A stretch of 52,829 bases of DNA from Cytophagaceae bacterium. GTDB taxonomy: Bacteria > Bacteroidota > Bacteroidia > Cytophagales > Spirosomataceae. Positions within the stretch are counted from its first letter, which is position 1. Every line of letters starts with the position of its first letter. A model generated the notes under the pieces. It searched no databases. It was not told the origin of the DNA and saw nothing but the letters and a program-made list of their open reading frames with translations. The position numbers were made by a program, and so were the translations under genes. Below, one piece after another: positions 8,789-17,899 of this stretch. The stretch covers positions 1-52,829 of the forward strand of contig JAJAZB010000078.1 in NCBI GenBank assembly GCA_026785975.1, read 5' to 3'.

Positions 8789-9802
8789 TTAAAAAACCGC
8801 CGTTTTCACGGTTTTGATGATCCGGGCCGCCACTTTGTAGGGATCAGCCGCCGAGTTGGGGCGGCGATCTTCGAGCCAGCCCTTCCAGCCGCGATCCACG
8901 GTGGCAACCGGAATTCGGATGGAGGCACCCCGGTCGCTGATGCCGTAGCTGAATTTATCAATCGACTGCGTTTCGTGCTTACCCGTCAGGCGCAAGTGGT
9001 TGTCGGCCCCGTACACGGCGATGTGCTCGCTAATCACGGGCGCAAAAGCCTGGCAAATGGTGTCATACGTGTCTTTGTTGCCCGCCGTGCGCAGCGCGGT
9101 ATTCGAGAAATTGGCGTGCATCCCCGAGCCGTTCCAATCAGTAGCGCCCAGTGGTTTGCAGTGCCAGTTGATCGCCAAACCGTGTTTTTCACCGACGCGT
9201 TCGAGCAAATAACGGGCAATCCACACTTCGTCCCCGGCGGCTTTGGCCCCCTTGGCGAATACCTGAAATTCCCACTGACCCGCCGCTACTTCGGCATTGA
9301 TGCCTTCGACGTTGATCCCCGCTTCGAGGCAAAGGTCGAGGTGTTCTTCGATAATATCGCGACCAAACGCATTAGCGGCACCCACCGAGCAGTAATATTG
9401 CCCCTGAGGCGCGGGATACCCCCCCGCCGGGAAGCCAATCGGCCGGTTGGTTTTTGGATCCCAGAGGAAGTATTCCTGCTCAAACCCAAACCAAAAGTCG
9501 TTGTCATCGTCCTGAATCGTGGCCCGCCCATTCGACTCGTGGGGGGTCTTGTCGGCGTTGAGCACTTCGCTCATCACCAGGTACGCATTCTTGCGGGCTG
9601 GATCGGGAAAGATGGCCACTGGCTTCAACAAACAGTCTGATGATCCCCCCGGTGCCTGCTCGGTCGACGAGCCATCGAATGCCCACATGGAACATTCTTC
9701 AAGTTGACCGCTGAAATCGTCTTCGATCTTCGTTTTGCTGCGCAGGCTCTGCGTGGGCTTGTACCCGTCGAGCCAGATGTACTCAAGTTTCGATTTTGCC
9801 AT
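8789..9802 (-). CDS. glnII: Glutamine synthetase type II
   Basis: The ORF starts at a TTG at 9817, so I trimmed to the ATG at 9802 (MAKSKLEYIWLDGYKPT). Motifs are FGFEQEYFL and NGSGMHANFS. The roughly 337-aa size is typical of the eukaryote-like GSII. Confidence 0.9.
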   Translation of the reverse strand: MAKSKLEYIWLDGYKPTQSLRSKTKIEDDFSGQLEECSMWAFDGSSTEQAPGGSSDCLLKPVAIFPDPARKNAYLVMSEVLNADKTPHESNGRATIQDDDNDFWFGFEQEYFLWDPKTNRPIGFPAGGYPAPQGQYYCSVGAANAFGRDIIEEHLDLCLEAGINVEGINAEVAAGQWEFQVFAKGAKAAGDEVWIARYLLERVGEKHGLAINWHCKPLGATDWNGSGMHANFSNTALRTAGNKDTYDTICQAFAPVISEHIAVYGADNHLRLTGKHETQSIDKFSYGISDRGASIRIPVATVDRGWKGWLEDRRPNSAADPYKVAARIIKTVKTAVF

Positions 9803-10131
9803 GGTATACGTGAACAAGTAATGGTGAAGGAAAGGGCTACTATTTTTTAGTGTGTGCTTACAAAAATAAGCGTTGATTCGTGAAATGCTAAAATAATCAT
9901 TGGTTTTTTTTGCTATTCCTGTACTTTTCTTTCGATTTCTTAGAAATATTTAATTTATTCTCAAATAATGAATTGTCGTAAAATCGGAATCAATCCGGTA
10001 GAACCTCTTTTGCCGAATGGTTTGTGTTTTTATTTCATCTCCGTAAAAATTCTGGCGGTCATATCAGAAACAACCCGAAAGTACTTACTTTTAGCCTTGG
10101 TTTTTAACGCATATTCTCAAAAGTATCCTTT

Positions 10132-12330
10132 ATGGCAATTGCTCGTTTCAAGGCCCTCGAACTGGCTCAGTCCCGGCTATCCCCGACGGTGAAAATTCCC
10201 CACGAAAAAGTTACGGAATACTATGGCAGTATGACGTTCAGCGACGACGTGATGCGGTCATTACTCAGCCCGGAAGCATACCTTAAAATCACGACCGCCA
10301 TTCAAACCGGTTCAAAAATCGACCGGGAAGCCGCCGATGAGGTAGCCGCCGCCATGAAAGCCTGGGCACTTTCCAAAGGCGCCACGCACTACACGCATTG
10401 GTTTCAACCCCTGACCGGGGCAACGGCCGAGAAGCACGATGCGTTTTTCGATATTGTACCCGGCACCGGCAAAGCCGTTGAAAAATTTAAAGGTTCGGCC
10501 CTGGTTCAGCAGGAACCCGACGCTTCGTCCTTTCCCAACGGGGGCATTCGCTCCACCTTCGAGGCGCACGGCTACACGGGCTGGGACCCTTCGTCGCCCG
10601 CGTTTATTTACGAAAACGCCGGTGGAACCTCCACGCTGTGCATTCCCAGTGTGTTTGTCGCCTACACCGGCGAGGCCCTCGATTACAAAACGCCGCTGTT
10701 GAAGTCGAGCGAATTGCTGGACAAAATTGCCACGAAGGTGATGAACGAGTACTTCGACCGCAATGTCGACAAGGTCACGCCGACGATGGGGGCCGAGCAG
10801 GAGTACTTTCTGGTGGATGAGGCCCTCTACAACGCCCGCCCCGATTTGATGATGGCCAACCGCACCGTATTTGGCCACGCCCCCGCCAAGGGACAGCAGT
10901 TGGAAGATCATTATTTCGGTTCGATTCCGCCGCGCATCAACGCGTTTATGGTGGATTATGAAATCGAAGCGCTTCGCCTCGGAATGCCCGTGCGAACGCG
11001 CCACAACGAAGTGGCCCCGGCGCAGTTTGAGGTCGCTCCTACGTTTGAAGAAGTCAATCTGGCTTGCGACCACAATGCCCTACTGATGGATTTGATGACG
11101 AAAGTGGCTGCCCGGCACAAACTCAAAGTACTTTTCCACGAAAAACCATTTGCGGGCATCAACGGCTCGGGCAAGCACAACAACTGGTCGCTGGCCACCG
11201 ATACCGGCATCAACTTGCTCGGCCCTTCGACCAAGCCCAAGGAAAATCTGCGCTTCCTGACGTTTTTGGTGAACGTGATGAAGGCCGTTCACGACTACGC
11301 CGATTTGCTCAGGGCGTCGATTGCTACGGCGGGCAATGAGCACCGGTTGGGAGCCAACGAAGCGCCTCCGGCCATTATGTCGGTGTTTCTGGGGAGTGAA
11401 ATGTCGCGTGCCCTCGATGAGTTGGAAAACGTCGGCGAAATCAAACTGGAGAAGGGCGACAACGTTTATTTGAAGTTGGGTATCAACAAAATTCCGTCGT
11501 TGTTGCTCGACAATACCGACCGGAACCGGACCTCGCCTTTCGCCTTCACCGGAAATAAATTTGAGTTCCGGGCGGTGGGTTCGTCAGCCAACTCGGCCTC
11601 GCCCATGACGGCGTTGAATACCATCATGGCCAACCAACTTATGCAGTTCAAAGCCGATACGGATGCGCTGCTGGCCAAGGACATGAAAAAGGAACTGGCC
11701 ATTGTCGAGGTGTTGAAGGGCTACATCAAAGCCTCGAAGCGGATTCGTTTTGAGGGTAATGGCTACTCGGACGATTGGGTAGAGGAGGCTGAACGCCGGG
11801 GGCTTTCCAACATCAAAACTACCCCGGAAGCCCTGGGTTTTTACGTCCGCCACGATATCGTTGACCTATTTACCCGTCACAACATTTTCACGGAAAAAGA
11901 ACTCGAAGCGCGGTACGAAATCGAGCTTGAAAACTACATCAAGAAAGTGCAGATTGAGTCGAGGGTGATTGGCGACTTAGCGATGAACCACATTGTTTCA
12001 ACCGCGTTGAAATACCAATCGCAGTTGGTTGATAACGTGCGGGGGCAGAAAGACATCGGCATCGAGGAACGCTATTATTCCCACACCGTTGAATCTATCA
12101 AGCGCATTGCCGAGTATACTTCGCGGATTCAGATGCTGGTCGATGAAATGACGGAAGCCCGCAAAAAGGCCAACAACACGGAAAACACCGCCGAACGCGC
12201 CCTGCTTTACGGCACGGACGTGAAGAACTATTTTGAAGATATTCGCTATTGCGTGGACAAACTCGAACTCATCATCGACGATGACGAATGGCCGTTGGTG
12301 AAATACCGTGAGTTGCTCATGGTGCGCTGA
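10132..12330 (+). CDS. glnN: Glutamine synthetase type III
   Basis: 732 aa with motifs GAEQEYFLVD, NGSGKHNNWS and PFAFTGNKFEFRAVGSS. Confidence 0.9.
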   Translation: MAIARFKALELAQSRLSPTVKIPHEKVTEYYGSMTFSDDVMRSLLSPEAYLKITTAIQTGSKIDREAADEVAAAMKAWALSKGATHYTHWFQPLTGATAEKHDAFFDIVPGTGKAVEKFKGSALVQQEPDASSFPNGGIRSTFEAHGYTGWDPSSPAFIYENAGGTSTLCIPSVFVAYTGEALDYKTPLLKSSELLDKIATKVMNEYFDRNVDKVTPTMGAEQEYFLVDEALYNARPDLMMANRTVFGHAPAKGQQLEDHYFGSIPPRINAFMVDYEIEALRLGMPVRTRHNEVAPAQFEVAPTFEEVNLACDHNALLMDLMTKVAARHKLKVLFHEKPFAGINGSGKHNNWSLATDTGINLLGPSTKPKENLRFLTFLVNVMKAVHDYADLLRASIATAGNEHRLGANEAPPAIMSVFLGSEMSRALDELENVGEIKLEKGDNVYLKLGINKIPSLLLDNTDRNRTSPFAFTGNKFEFRAVGSSANSASPMTALNTIMANQLMQFKADTDALLAKDMKKELAIVEVLKGYIKASKRIRFEGNGYSDDWVEEAERRGLSNIKTTPEALGFYVRHDIVDLFTRHNIFTEKELEARYEIELENYIKKVQIESRVIGDLAMNHIVSTALKYQSQLVDNVRGQKDIGIEERYYSHTVESIKRIAEYTSRIQMLVDEMTEARKKANNTENTAERALLYGTDVKNYFEDIRYCVDKLELIIDDDEWPLVKYRELLMVR

Positions 12331-12344
12331 TCCCCCACAAAAAC

Positions 12345-12380
12345 AAAGCCCGCACGTGACAATGCGGGCTTTGTTGCTTT
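12345..12380 (+). terminator. Rho-independent terminator after glnN
   Basis: AAAGCCCGCA-CGTGACAA-TGCGGGCTTT followed by GTTGCTTT. Confidence 0.75.
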
Positions 12381-12412
12381 AATTTAGCATTCCAATCATC
12401 CCTCCTACTCCC

Positions 12413-12979
12413 ATGTCCGACTTGGTTAACCCCGGCTACAGCCCGGAAGAAATCCGGCAATTGCGCGACGAGTGTCTTCAAGCCCAACGCTCTTTCATCC
12501 TCACCCCCCACGAGGAACTTGACGAACCAACGGGCGACGAATTTGCGCATTTTCAGTTTGTGGGTAAACACCAGGAGCGTGAGGTGGTTTATGATGCCGT
12601 GATGTACACCCTGCGGCTGCATCACAGCAGTTTGGTTTATGAAGAAGCGGAACGCCGGGCCACCAAATCATTCCCGCTGTACACGCCCGTGGAAATGCGC
12701 GACGAAACCTACCGGGCCAATGAGGACCTTGACGATGAAGTTGAATTGTTTGTTACGGAGTTGATCGAAGAAATCGAAGAGAGTGAAGAGGTGAAAGTGC
12801 AGGAACACCTTGAACTCGATACCGAGGCCGATTACGGCATCGACCTCGACGCCTGCCTGAACGTCGATGCGATTACGGACGAGGTCATCGAAAAGTTTGT
12901 GCGCGATTATAACGCCGGGACTCTTAGCCTCGATGCCACACTTTACACGTTCAAAAGCGTTGACGAAGAGGAAGAGTAG
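12413..12979 (+). CDS. Highly acidic hypothetical protein
   Basis: 188 aa, very Asp/Glu-rich (ends ...SVDEEEE). It lies 18 nt upstream of the AAA+ gene. I recognise no family. Confidence 0.6.
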   Translation: MSDLVNPGYSPEEIRQLRDECLQAQRSFILTPHEELDEPTGDEFAHFQFVGKHQEREVVYDAVMYTLRLHHSSLVYEEAERRATKSFPLYTPVEMRDETYRANEDLDDEVELFVTELIEEIEESEEVKVQEHLELDTEADYGIDLDACLNVDAITDEVIEKFVRDYNAGTLSLDATLYTFKSVDEEEE

Positions 12980-12997
12980 ATTGTAAAAATAGCCATC

Positions 12998-13834
12998 ATG
13001 CCTGATTTCAAGGGAACTGACCAGTACGTGGCCACGCGGGAATTGCAGGTGGCCGTCAACGCGGCGGTTACGCTACAAAAACCGCTTTTGGTAAAAGGCG
13101 AACCGGGTACTGGCAAAACATTGCTGGCCTACGAAATAGCCAAAGCGTTGAATAAACCGCTGATTACCTGGCACGTAAAGTCGACAACCATCGCCCAGCA
13201 GGGCTTGTACGAGTACGATGCGGTGAGCCGGTTGCGGGATAGTCAGTTGGGCGAGCAAGTCAGCGATATCGCCCACTACATCCGAAAAGGAAAGCTTTGG
13301 GACGCCTTCGATGCCGAAGAACAGACGGTGTTGCTAATCGATGAAATCGACAAAGCGGACATCGAGTTTCCGAACGATTTGCTCAACGAACTCGATCGGA
13401 TGGAGTTTTTCTGTTACGAATTGCGGCAAACCATCCGCGCCCGGCACCGCCCGATTATCATCATCACCTCCAACAACGAAAAGGAATTGCCCGATGCTTT
13501 TTTACGCCGGTGCTTTTTCCACTTTATCAGTTTCCCCGACCACGAAACAATGCAGCAAATCGTGCAGGTTCACTTTCCTGACCTTCAGAAAAAACTGCTC
13601 GACGAAGCCATGCGCCTGTTTTTTGGGGTGCGTGAGGTAAAAGCGTTGAAAAAGAAACCCTCCACCAGCGAACTCCTCGATTGGCTCCGATTGCTGCTCT
13701 GGGGAAAGGTCTCGGCGGATTTGCTTGAAGAATTTCAAACCAACACCGAACTTCCACCCTTCCTGGGTGCCCTCCTCAAAAACGAACAGGATTACGAACT
13801 ATACGCCGCCATTCGGGCCAGGACGAGGCGGTAG
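12998..13834 (+). CDS. MoxR/CoxD-like AAA+ ATPase
   Basis: Walker A is GEPGTGKT and Walker B is VLLIDEIDKA. ELPDAFLRRCF is the sensor/Arg region. The protein is a compact 278 aa. Confidence 0.8.
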   Translation: MPDFKGTDQYVATRELQVAVNAAVTLQKPLLVKGEPGTGKTLLAYEIAKALNKPLITWHVKSTTIAQQGLYEYDAVSRLRDSQLGEQVSDIAHYIRKGKLWDAFDAEEQTVLLIDEIDKADIEFPNDLLNELDRMEFFCYELRQTIRARHRPIIIITSNNEKELPDAFLRRCFFHFISFPDHETMQQIVQVHFPDLQKKLLDEAMRLFFGVREVKALKKKPSTSELLDWLRLLLWGKVSADLLEEFQTNTELPPFLGALLKNEQDYELYAAIRARTRR

Positions 13835-13964
13835 TAATTTGAAAAGGTGCTAATTTGAAACGGTCAGACGGAACGTCGGACCCGACAACACGGATTTTTG
13901 CAGAATTCCAACCAAACTTCATTTGCACATTCTCAAATTAGCACATTCTCAAATTTTCAAATTA
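13835..13964. repeat. Word-palindrome element between the AAA+ and VWA genes
   Basis: The left arm is TAATTTGAAAAGGTGCTAATTTGAAA (13835-13860). The right arm is GCACATTCTCAAATTA x2.5 (13925-13964). Arms are reverse complements with about 4 mismatches in 23 nt, and the core is about 64 nt. Confidence 0.75.
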
Positions 13965-13965
13965 A

Positions 13966-15168
13966 ATGTTCCTCGACTTTTTTCTCCACCTCAGGGCGCA
14001 CAAGTTTCCGGCTACACTGTCGGAGTACCTGACGCTGCTTGAAGCCTTGGAACGGGGTGTAATTTCCCAAAATGTCGATGATTTTTACTACCTCAGCCGG
14101 GCCGTTTTCGTAAAAAACGAAGCATTTCTGGACCGCTACGACCAGCTTTTTGCTGACTATTTTAGCTCGGTTGGTCAACTGCCAGAGGAATTGGTGGCCT
14201 CGGTGGCAGAAGATTGGCTGAAAACCGACTTCATTCGGCAACTGACCGAGGAAGAAAAAGCGGCCCTGACAGCCGCCGGAGGACTCGACGCGCTCCTCGA
14301 CCGCTTCCGGCAATTGCTCGCTGAACAAAACGAGCGACACGCAGGCGGCAATACATGGATTGGCACGGGCGGCACCTCGCCGTTCGGCAATGCGGGGTAC
14401 AATCCCGAGGGGTTCAAACTGGGCGGACAACCCGGTAGCGGACAACGCCGGGCCGTGAAAGTCTGGGAGCAGCGGGCTTATCAGAACTACGACGGCGATG
14501 TCGAACTCAATACCCGCAACCTGAAGATGGCCCTCCGACGGCTGCGGTTGCTCACCCGCGAAGGAGCAGCAGACGAACTGGATCTCGACGGAACGATTCA
14601 GGAAACCAGTCGGAATGGGGGTTTGCTCGAAATCAAAATGCAGCCCCAACGCCGAAACCGGGTAAAAATACTGCTCCTGCTCGACGTGGGCGGCTCGATG
14701 GACGACCATGTCGAGTTGGTTTCACAACTCTTCTCGGCGGCGCGGTACCAGTTTCAGCACCTGGAAACGCTGTACTTTCACAATTGCCTTTACGAAACCC
14801 TCTGGCGCGACGCTACCCGTCGGCATGAACGCCTCTCGACCTGGGAAGTTCTGCACCGGTACAACTCGGATTGGAAGGTAATTCTGGTGGGTGACGCCTC
14901 GATGGCCGGTTACGAAATCACCGAACCCCGGGGCAGCGTCGAACATTACAATGAGGAAGCCGGAATCACCTGGCTCCAACGGTTGAGCGACCATTTCAAG
15001 AATATAGTTTGGCTCAATCCCATTCCGCCGGGCTACTGGGCGTACACGCCGAGCATTGGCATCCTGCGTAAATGGAGCGAAAATCGAATGTTCCCCTTGA
15101 CAATCAACGGGTTGACGATGGCCTTGAAGAGTTTGAAAAATAGTAAAATCCGCCACGAAGCTGCCTGA
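13966..15168 (+). CDS. VWA domain protein (CoxE-like)
   Basis: 400 aa. The MIDAS-like segment is ILLLLDVGGSMDDH. It pairs with the upstream MoxR-type ATPase. Its stop overlaps the rsmE start (TGATG). Confidence 0.7.
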   Translation: MFLDFFLHLRAHKFPATLSEYLTLLEALERGVISQNVDDFYYLSRAVFVKNEAFLDRYDQLFADYFSSVGQLPEELVASVAEDWLKTDFIRQLTEEEKAALTAAGGLDALLDRFRQLLAEQNERHAGGNTWIGTGGTSPFGNAGYNPEGFKLGGQPGSGQRRAVKVWEQRAYQNYDGDVELNTRNLKMALRRLRLLTREGAADELDLDGTIQETSRNGGLLEIKMQPQRRNRVKILLLLDVGGSMDDHVELVSQLFSAARYQFQHLETLYFHNCLYETLWRDATRRHERLSTWEVLHRYNSDWKVILVGDASMAGYEITEPRGSVEHYNEEAGITWLQRLSDHFKNIVWLNPIPPGYWAYTPSIGILRKWSENRMFPLTINGLTMALKSLKNSKIRHEAA

Positions 15169-15875
15169 TGCCCGTATTTTTTCAACCCGACATCGCCGAT
15201 CAGCCTTTTTTAAGTGAGGAAGAATCGCGGCACGCCGTCAAAGTGTTACGGATGAACGCGGGCGAAACGCTCCAGATTGCGGATGGTCGGGGCGGCTGGT
15301 ACGAGGCGGAAATTCGTCGGGCCGACGCGCGACGCTGTGAGGTTAGTATCCTTCGCAAAACCATTCCCGCGCCGCGCCCGTTTTACATTCATTTAGCCAT
15401 TGCCCCCACCAAAAACATGGACCGCGTGGAGTGGATGCTGGAAAAATGCGTTGAAATTGGCCTGGACGAAATTTCATTCATCGAAAGCCGTTATTCCGAA
15501 CGGCGGGCTTTAAAACTTGAGCGTTTACGAAGTGTCGCCATCAGCGCCTTGAAACAGGCGCAACAGGCCTGGCTTCCCCGGCTAAATGACTTAGGTCGGC
15601 TGACCGATTTTTTGAAAAAATTTCCAGTGCCTAATCCTGATTCTCAATTATTCATTGGCCATCTGGAGGAAGGGGAACGAAAATTGCTTCAACGTGAAGC
15701 GAAGCCGGGCCAGAAGTATGTTGTTTTGATTGGACCCGAGGGCGATTTTTCAACTGAAGAAATTCAGTGGGCGAATGCAACTGGTTTTCAATCGATCAGT
15801 TTAGGTTCCAGTCGATTGCGCACTGAAACGGCTGGGTTGGTCGCCGTACACATCCTAAATTTAATCAATCAATGA
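15168..15875 (+). CDS. rsmE: 16S rRNA (uracil1498-N3)-methyltransferase
   Basis: The N-terminus is RsmE-typical (MPVFFQPDI...LSEEESRHAVKVLRM). GPEGDFSTEE is the C-terminal SPOUT motif. Confidence 0.85.
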   Translation: MPVFFQPDIADQPFLSEEESRHAVKVLRMNAGETLQIADGRGGWYEAEIRRADARRCEVSILRKTIPAPRPFYIHLAIAPTKNMDRVEWMLEKCVEIGLDEISFIESRYSERRALKLERLRSVAISALKQAQQAWLPRLNDLGRLTDFLKKFPVPNPDSQLFIGHLEEGERKLLQREAKPGQKYVVLIGPEGDFSTEEIQWANATGFQSISLGSSRLRTETAGLVAVHILNLINQ

Positions 15876-16573
15876 GTACTCGTTCATCTGCTCCCCGGCG
15901 CACCCGGTTTGTACTTCGATTTCTTCTCGTTTTCGCCTCTACATCTGGCCTGATTCTTACTGCTTTGGCGCAACAACCGGCCTACAAAATTGCCAAGTTG
16001 AAGTACGGCGGCGGCGGGGATTGGTACGCCAACAAAACCTCACTTCCCAATCTCATTCGGTTTTGTAATCAAAATTTACGAACGAACATCTTCCCCGAAG
16101 ATGAACTTGTGGAAGTTGGCAGCCCCGAACTTTTCAGTTATCCCTTTGTTCACATGACCGGTCACGGCAACGTGGTTTTTACCGAAGCCGAAGCGCAAAA
16201 CCTGCGTCGTTACCTGTTGGGAGGGGGTTTTTTGCACATCGACGACAATTATGGACTGGAAAAATTCGTCCGGCGGGAGATGAAAAAAGTCTTTCCCGAA
16301 CTAAGTTTCGTTGAACTCCCCTTCAATCACCCCATTTACCACACCCGGTTTGATTTCCCGAACGGCCTACCCAAAGTTCACGAGCATGATGGCAAAACGC
16401 CGCAGGGGTTCGGGCTGATTTATCAGGGCCGTCTGGTTTGTTTTTTCAGTTTTGAATGCGATTTGGGCAATGGATGGGAAGATCAGGCGGTCTACAACGA
16501 CCCGGAGGAGATCCGCCAGCAAGCCTTGCGGATGGGGGCCAATTTGATCAGCTACGCCACAACAATCTTGTAA
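15872..16573 (+). CDS. DUF4159-like protein
   Basis: There is an ATGA overlap with rsmE. It has a signal/anchor segment, then KLKYGGGGDWYANKTSLPNL and HMTGHGNVVFTEAEAQNLRRYLLGGGFLHIDDNYG, as recalled for DUF4159. Confidence 0.6.
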   Translation: MSTRSSAPRRTRFVLRFLLVFASTSGLILTALAQQPAYKIAKLKYGGGGDWYANKTSLPNLIRFCNQNLRTNIFPEDELVEVGSPELFSYPFVHMTGHGNVVFTEAEAQNLRRYLLGGGFLHIDDNYGLEKFVRREMKKVFPELSFVELPFNHPIYHTRFDFPNGLPKVHEHDGKTPQGFGLIYQGRLVCFFSFECDLGNGWEDQAVYNDPEEIRQQALRMGANLISYATTIL

Positions 16574-16574
16574 A

Positions 16575-16913
16575 ATGAAGACGGTGTTGCTCTTGCTGCT
16601 GTGGTTTTGGGCGCAACAAGCCTTAGCGCAGCCCGCCAACGGTTTCATCGGTGAAGACTCGACCGAATATCTGCGTATCTGGGAAAAATCCAGTTCACTG
16701 GGAAAACCAAAAGTGGGTGTCGATTTTGGTCAACGGGTAAAATGGGCAAGCAGCGATGAGGCATTGAAACACCCAAATGGCGGGATTATGCCGTTTAACT
16801 CCCTTGTTGACGCTTTAAATTTTCTGGATCGTCGAGGGTTTGAAGTAATCACCGGGCGAAGTTTCCCCAACGGCGGAGGTGAATATTTGCTGCGTCGAAA
16901 AAAAATCCCATAA
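16575..16913 (+). CDS. Small secreted hypothetical protein
   Basis: 112 aa with a signal peptide (...QQALAQP). It starts 1 nt after the preceding stop. Confidence 0.5.
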   Translation: MKTVLLLLLWFWAQQALAQPANGFIGEDSTEYLRIWEKSSSLGKPKVGVDFGQRVKWASSDEALKHPNGGIMPFNSLVDALNFLDRRGFEVITGRSFPNGGGEYLLRRKKIP

Positions 16914-17003
16914 TCCCGCAACCAAAAGCCTTCCACAAAACGTTAATGCTGTAACTTTGTCTTATACAAAATCTCAGCATTCGTTAAACCCTCTCCTCCG
17001 TTT

Positions 17004-17786
17004 ATGGCACTGGTCATTCCCGCATTCATCATTCACTGGTATTTATCGCTCTTCAGCCAGACTTTCTTTTTGCATCGGTACTCGGCGCACAAGATGTTCA
17101 CCATGAATAAATTCTGGGAGCGGTTTTTCTACTTGCTGACCTACATCTCGCAAGGATCGAGCTACCTCAGCCCCCGCGCTTACGCCATTTTGCACCGGAT
17201 GCACCATGCGTTTAGCGACACGCCCCGCGATCCTCACTCCCCGCACCACAACAAAAACGTCTTTACCATGATGTGGAAGACGAAAGATCTTTACAACGCC
17301 ATCCTCTTCGGTAAGAAAAAAGTGGAGGCTGAGTTTGACAAAAACTATCCGTTCTGGCGTTCCGTTGAAATCATCGGCGACTCCTGGATGTCGCGTTTGG
17401 GTTGGGGCATTGGCTATTCGCTGATGTATATTGCCGCCTACGTGTGGCTCGATATGCACTGGGCCTTTTTCTTTTTGTTGCCGATTCACTTTCTGATGGG
17501 ACCTATCCACGGCGCCATCGTCAACTGGAGCGGTCACAAGTACGGATACCAGAATTTTGACAACAACGACCGGTCGAAAAACTCCCTGGTATTTGACCTG
17601 TTGATGATGGGCGAGTTGTTCCAGAATAATCACCACAAGCGCCCGATGAGTGTGAATTTCGCTTCGAAATGGTACGAAATCGACCCGACGTATTCGGTCA
17701 TTAAAGCCCTTAGCTGGCTCAAAATTATTCATCTGAAACCAGTCAAGGAGTTAAAAACGGTGTCGGTTGAAAAAGAAATGGCTTGA
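17004..17786 (+). CDS. Membrane fatty-acid (acyl-CoA/acyl-lipid) desaturase
   Basis: Three His boxes are present: HRYSAH, HRMHH and HNNHH. It also has hydrophobic spans. Confidence 0.85.
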   Translation: MALVIPAFIIHWYLSLFSQTFFLHRYSAHKMFTMNKFWERFFYLLTYISQGSSYLSPRAYAILHRMHHAFSDTPRDPHSPHHNKNVFTMMWKTKDLYNAILFGKKKVEAEFDKNYPFWRSVEIIGDSWMSRLGWGIGYSLMYIAAYVWLDMHWAFFFLLPIHFLMGPIHGAIVNWSGHKYGYQNFDNNDRSKNSLVFDLLMMGELFQNNHHKRPMSVNFASKWYEIDPTYSVIKALSWLKIIHLKPVKELKTVSVEKEMA

Positions 17787-17800
17787 CGAATTTTTCTAAG

Positions 17801-17840
17801 AAAAAGGCCACCCCGAAGATTCGGGGTGGCCTTTTTCTTT
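17801..17840. terminator. Bidirectional terminator
   Basis: AAAAAGGCCACCCCGA-AGAT-TCGGGGTGGCCTTTTT lies between convergent genes. Confidence 0.85.
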
Positions 17841-17899
17841 TATCAGAAGTTGCAGGCGGAACGCCGCCCGGGGTTGTCCCTACAATTTTTGGATAAACA

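Noticed and set aside
8705-9640. 311-aa ORF on the + strand
   Set aside because: It is entirely antisense to the well-supported glnII gene, has Arg/Gly/Pro-rich shadow-ORF composition and matches no recognisable family.
10312-11073. 253-aa ORF on the - strand
   Set aside because: It is antisense to glnN.
13957-14709. 250-aa ORF on the - strand
   Set aside because: It is antisense to the VWA gene and runs into the palindromic spacer. It is a shadow ORF.
17043-17732. 229-aa ORF on the - strand
   Set aside because: It is antisense to the desaturase, whose three His boxes fix the true frame.
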